A DNA stretch of 64,000 nt from an uncultured Planctomycetota bacterium. Its GTDB lineage: Bacteria > Planctomycetota > Planctomycetia > Isosphaerales > Isosphaeraceae. The stretch lies in contig CAWGMQ010000010.1 of the NCBI GenBank assembly GCA_963823665.1, positions 928,001 through 992,000 of the forward strand. Direction: 5' to 3'. Position 1 is the first letter of the stretch; each line of letters starts with the position of its first letter. The translations under genes and the position numbers were made by a program. This document shows, piece by piece, positions 47,095 to 56,480 of the stretch. The notes beneath the pieces were generated by a model. It saw nothing but the letters and a program-made list of their open reading frames with translations, did not search any database and was not told the DNA's origin.

Positions 47095-47896
47095 CGCTCG
47101 GCTCTTTTCGGCGAAGAAGAAGATGCGTCTTGGGTGTATGTCTGATTCAAACGCCGGCCGTCACCTCGCGGAACCGACCGGAAACTGCATCGTGACGATT
47201 CAGGAATTCGTTGCTGCTTTGCATACTGATGGTTCAGAAGACGTTCACTGCTTTCGCGAGAAACATACTCGCTCTCAAGGGTTCTCGAGCGCAGCAGAAC
47301 CTCGACCCCCTGATCACAAGGCTCCATCGGCGGAAAAATGTGACGCGCACCGCCAAAAAAAATCCGCGCCTCGGCACGCGGGCCTTCATGCAGTCCTCCC
47401 CGACTCTCTCTTGCGCTCGATCGTCGTCGTTCATTTGGTGATGCGAGATACCTTCATGCATCGGCCTCTTACCGGCAACTCCCCAGCGATTGAGCAAACC
47501 GGGTCCGGACCTCGCTACACATCCGCAAAGCCTTGACCCGTCGAGGCATCGGGAGAGCAGTATAATGAGTGGCTCACCTGAATCACTACTCCATAACGGT
47601 GATGACTCAACAAACCTGGACGCATGAGGTTTTTTTTCAACCCTTCGTCGATCCTCAATCCTCGAAGCGCAAGATAGTGCGAGCATGGATTGACGTTGAT
47701 GGGGACTTCGATCATAGTTTGGCAGGGGTCGGCTCATTAAAAGGCGAGTGCGTACCTTAGCCCGGACCGCACCTACGGCCTCTATAGTTGTATTAGGGTC
47801 CGAGATCCCGAATCTAACTCGCTTTGTCGATTGTTGTGGTTGTTTTCGGGTTGAGCGGCGCCGGCGATCCCCCGGCTCGGCTCGAGAGCGTACGCG

Positions 47897-48718
47897 ATGG
47901 AGGTCGCTTTCCTGGTGGCGGACCTTTGCTTCGTGACCACGTGTATGGGAAGGTTGGGCGCTTTGCGGCGATCGCTGCCGGCGATGCTCGCCCAGAGCGG
48001 AACGTGCATCGTGGTCGACTATTCCTGCCCTGAACATTGCGGCGATTGGGTCGAGGCCTGCCACCCGCGGGCTCGCGTCGTTCGCGTGCCGGGCCAGGAT
48101 CGATTCAACGCCTCCGCTGCGCGGAATGCTGGAGCGCGACATGCCGACGCCCCGTGGATCTGCTTTGTCGATTCCGACGTCGTTCTCGCACCCGAGTTTT
48201 CCGGCGTGGTGCCGCCCGCGCTGGCACCCGGCGGATATTACCGCGCATTCGCGAAGGACCGAGGCCTCGGAGGCACGTTCGTCTGTACCCGGGCCGATTT
48301 CGAGCGGATTGGCGGCTACGACGAAATCTATCCGTGCTGGGGCGAGGAAGACAACGACCTTTACGACGCCCTCCAGTTCGCCGGTCTCGAGACCCGCGAG
48401 CTGCCGGAGGCGCTGCTCCGCCACCTCGCCCACTCCGACGACGAACGGACGCGGCATTATGCGATGACCGACGTCGTGCTCGGCCATGCGATCAACCGTG
48501 TGTACCGCATCATCAAGTGGGACGTCGCCCGCCTGAACCGTGAGCTGCTCGATTCGCCGTCCCGGCGCGCCTTCTACGAGAAGATCTCCGAAGTCTTTGC
48601 CGACTCGATCAAGACCGGCCGCCCCGGCGATTGGACGGTCAGTTTGCCCATCGGACTCGTGCCCGGTGGCCGGTCTCTCTCCAGGCAGATCACCTACCGT
48701 CTCACGAAGGATGATTGA
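47897..48718 (+). CDS. Glycosyltransferase family 2 (GT-A) with galactosyltransferase-like C-terminal motif
   Basis: IVVDYSC, ARNAGA, WICFVDSDV (DxD), IGGYDEIYPCWGEEDNDL. Confidence 0.9.
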   Translation: MEVAFLVADLCFVTTCMGRLGALRRSLPAMLAQSGTCIVVDYSCPEHCGDWVEACHPRARVVRVPGQDRFNASAARNAGARHADAPWICFVDSDVVLAPEFSGVVPPALAPGGYYRAFAKDRGLGGTFVCTRADFERIGGYDEIYPCWGEEDNDLYDALQFAGLETRELPEALLRHLAHSDDERTRHYAMTDVVLGHAINRVYRIIKWDVARLNRELLDSPSRRAFYEKISEVFADSIKTGRPGDWTVSLPIGLVPGGRSLSRQITYRLTKDD

Positions 48719-48785
48719 GGGATCTCGCTCGCCCGCGTCGCCGGCAGTCAATCGTACGATGCCCCGATTGTCGCCCTTCGCTCCG

Positions 48786-50436
48786 AGGCTGTGATTTTTT
48801 CGGCGTTGGGGTTGATTTTGTATAGTGTTCACGTTCTAATACCATGCATGTAGTCCGCCGCATGAGCCCCACGCAGCCCCGGTGTTGCAGGACGAGCGTC
48901 ATGACACTTCCTCTCTTTAGCCCAGAAGACTTGCCCGATCAGCCCTCTCCCGCCCAGGCTGCCCAGTCGATGCCAACTGGCAAGCCGCGGCTGCGGTGTC
49001 CCGTACGCGACCAGATCGAGATGCGCTGGGCATCGCTCGATGAATTGCTCGAGGCCGACCATCCGGCCCGGGTCGTCTGGGCGGCGGTCTGCAAGCTCGA
49101 TCTGAAAGCCTGGCTCGGCGAGATCAAGGCCGTCGAGCGACATGTCGGCCGAGATGCCACCGACCCGCGCTTGCTGGTCGGATTGCGGGTTTTCGCCACA
49201 TTGAAGGGAGTCGGCAGCGCCCGTGAAATCGAACGGCTGTGCGAAAAGAACCAAGGGAGTCTGCCGTACCAGTGGCTGTGCGGCGGCGTAACCGTCAACC
49301 ACAGCATGTTGTCCCACTTCCTCGCTTGTGGGGGCGAGAAGTTGAACGAACTGCTCACGCAGATCGTGGGCACCCTGCTCCATGCCGGGTTGGTGAAAAT
49401 GGACCGGGTCGCTCAGGACGGAATGAGAGTGCGTGCCAGCGCGGGCAAGAGGCTCGTTTCGTCGTCGCGGTAGCCTGGAGGAGTGCCTGAAAGCGGCGAA
49501 GGAGCAGGTTGAGGCGCTGAAGAAACTGGCCGAGGAGGACACAGCAGAGCTGACTCGACGGCAGCGAGCGGCGCGGGAGCGTGCCGCCAACAAGCGACAG
49601 CAACGGATCGAAGAAGCGATGCGGCAGTGCGAGGAGCTGCAACGCGAACGTGACGAGTCCTACGGCCGCAAGGGGCGGGAAGCGCGTGCTTCGACCACCG
49701 ACCCCGACGCGAGGATCATGAAGTTTCCAGACGGAGGATTCCGGCCGGGATATAACGTTCAATTCACAACAGACACCGAAAGCGGTGTGATTGTGGGTGT
49801 GGAGGTGACCAACGCAGGGAACGATGGCGAAGAACTTCCGCCCATGCTCGACCAGTTGGAGGAGCGTTACGAACGAATTCCGGATGAGGCATTGGTTGAC
49901 GGTGGCTTCACGACCAAGGACTCGATCGATCAGGCGGCCCAACGCGGCTGCATCGTATACGGGCCGATCAGAGACGAGAAAAAGAAACAGGCAAATGGAG
50001 AAGATCCCTACACCGCAAAGAAGGGCGACAGCGAAGCGGTTGCCGCTTGGCGGATCCGAATGGGGACCGAGGCCGCGAAGCTGATCTACCGGCTGCGAGG
50101 CCAAACAGCCGAGTGGGTCAACGCCCAGGCTCGCAATCGAGGATTCTGGTTTATGCCCGTGCGTGGCCAACCGCGTTGCCGCGCCGTCGCATTGTTGTTT
50201 GCAATTGCTCACAACCTGGTTGTCGCAGGGAGACTGCGCCGAGCGATGGGCAAACTGGCGGAATGAGCGGTACTTTGCAAAAAAGGGACAAAATAGGAAA
50301 GCGCGTTTGCGTCAACGGCTGGGCTATTGGAGAACTGGCGTGAATCGGCGGCACTAACCGAGCGACCAAGCGGTGAATCACAGCCGACTAGGCCCAACGG
50401 CCGAGTTACCGCAACGCGGCCAAAAGATGACAGCCT
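48786..50436 (+). mobile_element. IS1182-family insertion sequence
   Basis: Imperfect terminal inverted repeats AGGCTGTGATTTTTT... / ...AAAAGATGACAGCCT, flanked by the 5-bp direct repeat CTCCG (48781-48785 and 50437-50441), with a transposase inside. Confidence 0.85.
48901..50266 (+). CDS. IS1182-family DDE transposase (one +1 frameshift at ~49450)
   Basis: SLDELLEADHPARVVW, SAREIERLC, YQWLCGGVTVNH, VAQDGMRVRASAG, then ASTTDPDARIMK, GYNVQ, LVDGGF, YRLRGQTAEWVNA. Confidence 0.9.
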
Positions 50437-50472
50437 CTCCGCGAAGGGATTTCCGCGCCCCGCCGCCGGCAG

Positions 50473-51363
50473 TCAATCGTGCGATGGCCCGAAATCTCGC
50501 CGGCGGCGAAGATTGTCGAGGAAGCCCGTTCCGAAATGCTCGATCTCGAGGAATCCCGCACTCTCGGGGGCTGGCTTGTAAACCCGAAACGTGCGCATCA
50601 GGCCCAGCGTGGCGGCGCTCTCGAGCTGCCCGATGAAGCGAGTGTCGCGATCGAGAAAGTAAGGCTGCCTCGACCAGGTCTGCATCTGGGCCGCACTCAG
50701 GAAGAAGCAGCCGGCGTGCGGGTTCTTCGTTCGCTGAAAGGTAACGGTTGTGCCCAGCAAGCTGCCCGTCGCCGAGGGATTGACGTGCACATCCTGAAAC
50801 TTGGCAGTCGCGTCCTCGGGAAGGTCGCCGTCGATGTACGCCTTGTGCACCAAGCCCAGCAGCGGCCCAACCTCATAGCGGTTCGGCTGAAGCACCACCT
50901 CCTCGCCGAGCTGCTTCAGAAACCATTCCAGCTTGACGAACAACCAGGGATCGCGCGAGATCAGGTCGTCTTCCAGGTACGCGTAATAGTCGTACTCGCC
51001 GAGCCCGTCACGAAGGACGGCGTGGCACTCGAAGCCCAGCAGAGCAGGGGGGCAACTGCTCGGTTGCCGTCGAAACGAGCCGTGCGGGAGCCGCAGACGG
51101 CCCAGCAAATGGTCTTCGCCCGCAGTGCAGATGACCACGTCAACCTGGCCGTTGGTCCGCGCATTGGCCGGCAGTGCCACCCGCGTCGCCTGGTCAATGA
51201 TATGTTGGGCAGGTCCATAAAGCTGGTGCAGCGAGCCGACGCACGCGGTGAGAGCAGCGACGCGCGATTCGGCGTGCGGCCCGGCCGACCCGTGCTCCCG
51301 GCCGTCCGGCGTCGCCGTCCTGGCGTTGTTATAAAAGTGAGGGATAGCAACCAGGATGCGCAT
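50473..51363 (-). CDS. Conserved hypothetical protein, possible GT-A-fold glycosylation accessory enzyme
   Basis: Likely start MRILVAIPHFY at 51363. Contains YDYYAYLEDDL (EDD, DxD-like), PNRYE, NPHAGCFFL and LESAATLG, and lies among glycosyltransferase genes. Confidence 0.7.
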   Translation of the reverse strand: MRILVAIPHFYNNARTATPDGREHGSAGPHAESRVAALTACVGSLHQLYGPAQHIIDQATRVALPANARTNGQVDVVICTAGEDHLLGRLRLPHGSFRRQPSSCPPALLGFECHAVLRDGLGEYDYYAYLEDDLISRDPWLFVKLEWFLKQLGEEVVLQPNRYEVGPLLGLVHKAYIDGDLPEDATAKFQDVHVNPSATGSLLGTTVTFQRTKNPHAGCFFLSAAQMQTWSRQPYFLDRDTRFIGQLESAATLGLMRTFRVYKPAPESAGFLEIEHFGTGFLDNLRRRRDFGPSHD

Positions 51364-51630
51364 GGAACCCGAGCCTTCTCCAAAACCTGGAGCGATACTC
51401 GAGTATGGCAATCAGTTCCCACCACCGGCAAGACTGGGCTGTTCGTCGCTGTACTGGCAATCCTCGACGGCCACCGACCGCCGCACAGGGATCTCGCCGA
51501 GCCTCGTGGCCGAGCCGTCAATCGCCGCGTTCAAGGACAACCGCGATCCGGGCCTGGAGTCGATTTTCACGTACATCGACTCGCATTCGGGCGCGAAAGA
51601 GTAGGCAGCGCAAGCTTGGTGCGCAGCCGC

Positions 51631-53388
51631 TTACTGACCCTCGAGTGCAGCCCGAATCGCACTAACCGTCTTTTCGCTATCGCAAAGAGCCCGGAACTGC
51701 TCGCGATCGAGCAAGGTTTTCACCCGGCATCTGATCGTCACGGGGCGGGCCAGGGGATACTTGGCGTCGTCCCAGACGATCTCGGGATGGACCGGTCGAC
51801 CCAGCCTGTCGCGCACAGCGACTGTCGGGCATTCGACGAAGCTAGCCTTGAGGGTTCGTTGCTCGTAGCCGAGCGTCGCGAGGACGTGGAACTCGTTCCG
51901 CTCGATGTCCTTGAAGAGCGGCACCATCAGCCGAACGTCTTCGCTCAGATCGGGATCGTCGCGGTAGCGCACGATCCAGGAACGGGTCGTCGCCCTGGCT
52001 GTCGCGAACCTTCGTTTGTCTTCGGGCTTCAAATCGCAGCCGATTCCCAGTTCGTCGTCCACGACGGCCGCAGCACCGGTGAATAACTGTTCGATCAAGA
52101 GCATTTCCTCTAGCAAGGATCTGTCGGTCTGCCCCGTCGATGTCACGATCTTTCTCGAAAACAGCACATCTTCGCCGAGCGTCGCCACGAGCCTTTCCCG
52201 GACAAAACAGTAGGATTCCGCGCGGCGGCGGTAGTACTCCGCGAGCGGTTCCACCGTCAGGCAGGGCGCGATGACAAGCGGACATCCACCCGCGGAAAGG
52301 GCTTCGAGCTGCTTGACGTGGCTCTCTCGGGCTGAGCCAAGAAGCGATTCGAACAACTGGCGGAGATCCTCTCGGTAGCTCTCCGCAAGCTCGAGCTTCG
52401 CGGCCTCGGGAGCCTGATCGGGCAGGAGGAGTGGCTCGAGGGAGTAGAGGACATGGTCGTACCATCCGCTCGCGCCCGTGATTGCCAGGCTCAGCCGGCC
52501 GTCGCTGATTCGTGCGATCAGCTCGCCGATCAGATTAAAGCCGGGCGGTACCCTGTTGGGCCCGACCAGCCGCTTGAGCAGACGTCCCTCGAACGAGTCA
52601 GAAGGTGGAAAGAGGGAGGGCCGCTCGCCCGATCGCGACAGAACGCTCGATCCGACCAGCGGGTTGGTGATGATCGCAAGCGCGATGTGCGTCTCGTAGG
52701 CGGAGCACATGGTTTCGTCGGCTTCCAGAACGGCGGCCATTGTCGATGCGACATTCTCGGAAAGCCCTTCCTGAAGCGCCTTGGCTTGCCGGTAAAGCCC
52801 GGCGAGCCGCGTGCTCCACGAATAAACTCCGAGCGGAACATCAACCTCCTGTCGCTTCCGGAACTCGCTGAGCCAGCGGCTGCGGTGAAGCCGTAGCTCT
52901 GGCGGAGGGTTGGTTGTGATCTTCGAGTCTTCGGTTCCGGCAAGCGCGCGAGCCGCCATGAGCAGGCCGATCGCCTCCGCTTGCGCCTCGTCGCCAGGCG
53001 ATCGATCCCATCCGTCTCGGAGTCGGACCAGTAATCCCTGGATCAGGGCAGAGCGGCCCATGACGCTCATAGTGCCGTCGTCGAGTAGCAGCTCCAGCGT
53101 CGCCACGATGCTGTCGTCGACCGACTTCGCTTTTTGAGCGAGCACCGCCGCCGACACGAATGGATCTTCAACAGGGAGCGAAGAAACGCTCGGGAACAGC
53201 GGCGCTTGAAATTGCTGTTGAATGTCGTATTCAAAAGTGCGGAAACCGCCGGTATCAGTGCGAGTGCGCAACGGTAGGAGGCGCATTTCTTGCAACGAGG
53301 CGGTCTGGTCCATCTCCAGGCGCAGAACCTGCGGCGATGGATCCACGTAAACCTGAAGATCGTTCCAATGGAAGAATCTGATCGACAT
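51631..53388 (-). CDS. Hypothetical protein, 585 aa
   Basis: Long ORF with globular composition filling the gap between neighbours. No family confidently recognised. Confidence 0.75.
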   Translation of the reverse strand: MSIRFFHWNDLQVYVDPSPQVLRLEMDQTASLQEMRLLPLRTRTDTGGFRTFEYDIQQQFQAPLFPSVSSLPVEDPFVSAAVLAQKAKSVDDSIVATLELLLDDGTMSVMGRSALIQGLLVRLRDGWDRSPGDEAQAEAIGLLMAARALAGTEDSKITTNPPPELRLHRSRWLSEFRKRQEVDVPLGVYSWSTRLAGLYRQAKALQEGLSENVASTMAAVLEADETMCSAYETHIALAIITNPLVGSSVLSRSGERPSLFPPSDSFEGRLLKRLVGPNRVPPGFNLIGELIARISDGRLSLAITGASGWYDHVLYSLEPLLLPDQAPEAAKLELAESYREDLRQLFESLLGSARESHVKQLEALSAGGCPLVIAPCLTVEPLAEYYRRRAESYCFVRERLVATLGEDVLFSRKIVTSTGQTDRSLLEEMLLIEQLFTGAAAVVDDELGIGCDLKPEDKRRFATARATTRSWIVRYRDDPDLSEDVRLMVPLFKDIERNEFHVLATLGYEQRTLKASFVECPTVAVRDRLGRPVHPEIVWDDAKYPLARPVTIRCRVKTLLDREQFRALCDSEKTVSAIRAALEGQ

Positions 53389-53518
53389 GGCTTAGCTCGC
53401 GGGAGGGGTTCGCGGAGACGACCAGCATGGCGCAATGCGCACCAATGTGGTTTCAGGTCACGAAATTACGTATGCTGGCCAACTGTGATTATCCCGGAAA
53501 GCTGAGGCCCGCCGGAAG

Positions 53519-54731
53519 ATGCACGTCCTGTTCGTCCACCAGAACTTCCCTGCCCAGTTCGGGCACATCGCCCGGCACTTGATCCGCACCCGAGGGTGGA
53601 CGTGCACGTTCGTCTCGAAGACGCCTGCCGGCAAAGTTGACGGCATCGAGAAGGTCGCCTACACGACCACCGGCGGTGCCCGCGAGACCACGCACTATTG
53701 CAGCAGGACCTTTGAGAACGCGGTCTGGCATGCCCACGGCGTCTACGAGGCATGCAAGGCCCGGCCCGATCTTCGCCCCGACTTGATCGTCGGCCACAGC
53801 GGCTTCGGGTCGACCGTGTACTTGCCCGAGCTCTACCCCGACGTGCCGATCATCAACTACTTCGAGTTCTATTATCACTCGCATCAGTCGGACATGGATT
53901 TCCGGCCCGAGTTTCCGCCGTCGGAGCTTGATTTTCTCCGCGCACGATCGCGGAACGCGATGCTGTTGCTCGACCTCGAGACCTGCCGCCGCGGATATAG
54001 CCCGACCCGCTTTCAGCAGACGCGCTTCCCGGAGATCTACCAGCCCAAGATCGACGTCATTTTCGACGGAATTGAGACCGATATCTTCCAGCGCCGGCAA
54101 GGCGTGCCCCGCAAGATCGGCGACCGCATCATCCCGCCTACGACGCGCGTTGTAACCTACGTTAGCCGCGGCTTCGAGGCAATGCGCGGATTCGACATCT
54201 TCATGCGGGTCGCCAAGCGAATTTACGAGCAATTTCCCGACGTTGTCTTCGCCGTCGTGGGGAGCGACCGGATCTGCTACGGAGGTGACGAGAAGCACAT
54301 CGAGCACAGGACGTTTCGCGAGCACGTGATGGCGCAAGCCGCCTACGACCGCGACAAGTTCATCTTCACGGGATTGCTCGGCGTCTCGAAGCTGGTGGAT
54401 TTGTGGAGCATCAGCGATCTTGCATCTCTATTTCACCGTTCCGTTCGTCTTGAGCTGGTCGATGGTGGATGCGCTCGCCTGCGGCTGCACGGTGCTCGCG
54501 TCGGATACCGAGCCAGTGCGCGAGATGATCGACGACGGCCAGAACGGGCTCCTCTGCGGTTTCTACGACGTCGAGGGTTTTGCAGCGAAAGCGGTCGAGG
54601 TGCTGCGCGATCCCGGGGCGTTCCGGCACCTGGGCGAGACGGCCGTCGCGCGCGTGCGCGACGCCTATGCCATTGACGTCATTTTGCCCCGCCTCGTGCG
54701 GCTCTTCGAGCAAACCGCGCAGGGGGCTTGA
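53519..54731 (+). CDS. Glycosyltransferase family 4 (HQNFPAQF / Glyco_trans_4_3 type), +1 frameshift at ~54420
   Basis: MHVLFVHQNFPAQF, PDLIVGHSGFG, YFEFYY, TYVSRGFEAMRGF. Continues in a second frame as HLYFTVPFVLSWSMVDALACGCTVLASDTEPVREMI. Confidence 0.9.
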
Positions 54732-54802
54732 CATCGGAATGTTCATGCTCGATCCTGAACGCTGTGGGATGCTGGTGATCGGTAATCCCGCGTGCCGGCT
54801 AT

Positions 54803-54843
54803 GAAGGCTCCGCCGTGCGGCTCGCACCGGTGGGGCTTTTTTT
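54803..54843 (+). terminator. Intrinsic terminator-like hairpin
   Basis: AAGGCTCCGCCG...CGGTGGGGCTT stem (with G-U pairs) followed by a T7 run. Confidence 0.6.
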
Positions 54844-54878
54844 ATCGCCTCGTTCGCTCGCCTGCGAGAAGCGATCAG

Positions 54879-55202
54879 ATGAGTGTATTTGCGTCGGTCA
54901 TTCTCTACTACTACATTATGAAGGCGGTCTTTCTGTTCAGCCTGGTTCGAATCCTCGTCAAGTTCGACACGATGAAGGATCACTGGCTGTTTCTGGGCAT
55001 TCTATACACGGCGGGTATCGCATTTCTGAGTTATGTGTTCCTCATGGCCCCGCAGGACGTTCCGGACTGGCGGAGCTGGCAAATCTGGCTCGCAAAGTTT
55101 TTCGCCCTGTCGACGCTTTACTTCTGGCTCTTGGCGAAGTTCGATGAGGGCGTGATTTTCTGGACTGTTCTCCTGCTCGGAATGTTGCTGGTGTGGTTCT
55201 GA
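54879..55202 (+). CDS. Small hypothetical membrane protein (~4 TM)
   Basis: MSVFASVILYYYIMKAVFLFSLV... has several hydrophobic segments. ATG 54879 is preferred because the longer ORF overlaps the terminator. Confidence 0.75.
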   Translation: MSVFASVILYYYIMKAVFLFSLVRILVKFDTMKDHWLFLGILYTAGIAFLSYVFLMAPQDVPDWRSWQIWLAKFFALSTLYFWLLAKFDEGVIFWTVLLLGMLLVWF

Positions 55203-55280
55203 AGCGACCGCAATGAGCCACGGGGCGCGGGCGCTCTGGCGAAATCGCCGGTTTCCGGTTGTGAGGAAGGGAAGGGCCCG

Positions 55281-56416
55281 ATGGGCGTGGTGTTTTTCTG
55301 CCAGAGCTGTGGCGCTCGATTCGAGGTGGAAGCTCGACTGGCGGGCAAGAAGGGCCGTTGCAAGCACTGCGGTCAGTATATGACGGTCCCCAAGGCAGAG
55401 CACCTGACGTCGATGGGGATGCCGGCCCTGGCCATGGGCGCCGGGGCTGCCGCCGCGGGGGTTGCCGTGCCCAGGCCCAGCTCGCTCGCCAAGGCCGATC
55501 CCATGGTCGGCCCGGGCCGCCGCACGGCCCGCTCGATGAACGATTGGTTGAACGCCAGCATGAGCAAGATCGGCCTGGCGCCCCTCTCGGCTCCGGCCAT
55601 TCCCAAGCGACCGATCCTGCCTTCGGCGCTCGATGACGCGGCAGACTCGAAGCCGTACAGCTCGAAAAGCCCGACCGCCGCGACGCCCGGCACAAGGGCG
55701 GCGGGCCTCCCAACGTGGTGCTCGCCGCCTGGCGGCATGAAGTCGGCGTCGTCCAGCGGATCTTTCGCTGGTTGAATGAAAGCGCTTACCTCGTCTCTAT
55801 TCCATTCATCATCATCCTGCTTTTCGGTATCGCGGTGAAAGCCAACGCGATCGCCATCTTCGGCGCCGCGTTCGTGGTGCTGCTCAACATCGGCAGGATC
55901 GTCGCCGGAGTCGCCAACCTGGCGGTCATTCCCCTGCGCGACGGGTTCAACGTGCGGAAGTACAAGAAACCGCTCCGCCGGGTGATCGAGCCGGTCGTGA
56001 CGATTGCGGTCGTGGTGCTCGCGTTCACGTTCATCCCCTGGCTTTCGAAAGGCAAGGCCAGCACGGGATCGATCTCGCAGCGGATCCGCGCGACGGCCGA
56101 AGAGCTCGAGCGTGATATCAAGGGCGAGGTCGACAAGGTGTCGGAAAAGGCCAAGGACTTGAACATCGACAAGCTCGGCGCCCAGGCGAAAGACAAATTC
56201 GATCGCGTGGTCGAGAAAGCCAAGAACATCGATCTCAACAAGCTCGGCACGCAAGCCGAGGAGAGTGGGCCCGGATCTTCGTCCGGCGACCCAAAGGCCA
56301 AGCCGGCGCCGGAGGGCGCCGGCGCTGGGCAGCCGCAGTCTACGCAGGTGCGCGACCTGCTCAAGGACGTCCAGCGCGGCCGCGAGGCGCTCAAGGAGCT
56401 TCAGAAGGACCAGTGA
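55281..56416 (+). CDS. Zinc-ribbon domain membrane protein (frameshift at ~55658)
   Basis: N-terminal CQSCG...GKKGRCKHCG after a GGAAGG RBS. The second frame gives 3 TM segments and a charged coiled-coil tail. Confidence 0.75.
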
Positions 56417-56480
56417 CGGGTTGGCTTGAACGAGAGATCGGAGACGATTTCGCTGATTTAATTCAGGTAGAGACCGCCTC

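Noticed and set aside
47533..47566. TTGACC...TATAAT sigma70 promoter
   Set aside because: The spacer is 22 nt, too long for a canonical promoter.
47234..48832. 532-aa minus-strand ORF
   Set aside because: Antisense to the well-supported GT2 and extends into non-coding DNA, with no motifs.
50376..50385. AATCACAGCC as the IS right end
   Set aside because: The end at 50436 gives a longer inverted repeat, a 5-bp target duplication and a restored hairpin.
51412..51576. 54-aa minus-strand ORF (MYVKIDSRPG...)
   Set aside because: No recognisable motif or RBS, so it cannot be supported as a gene.
50479..52086. 535-aa plus-strand ORF
   Set aside because: Antisense shadow of the two minus-strand genes.
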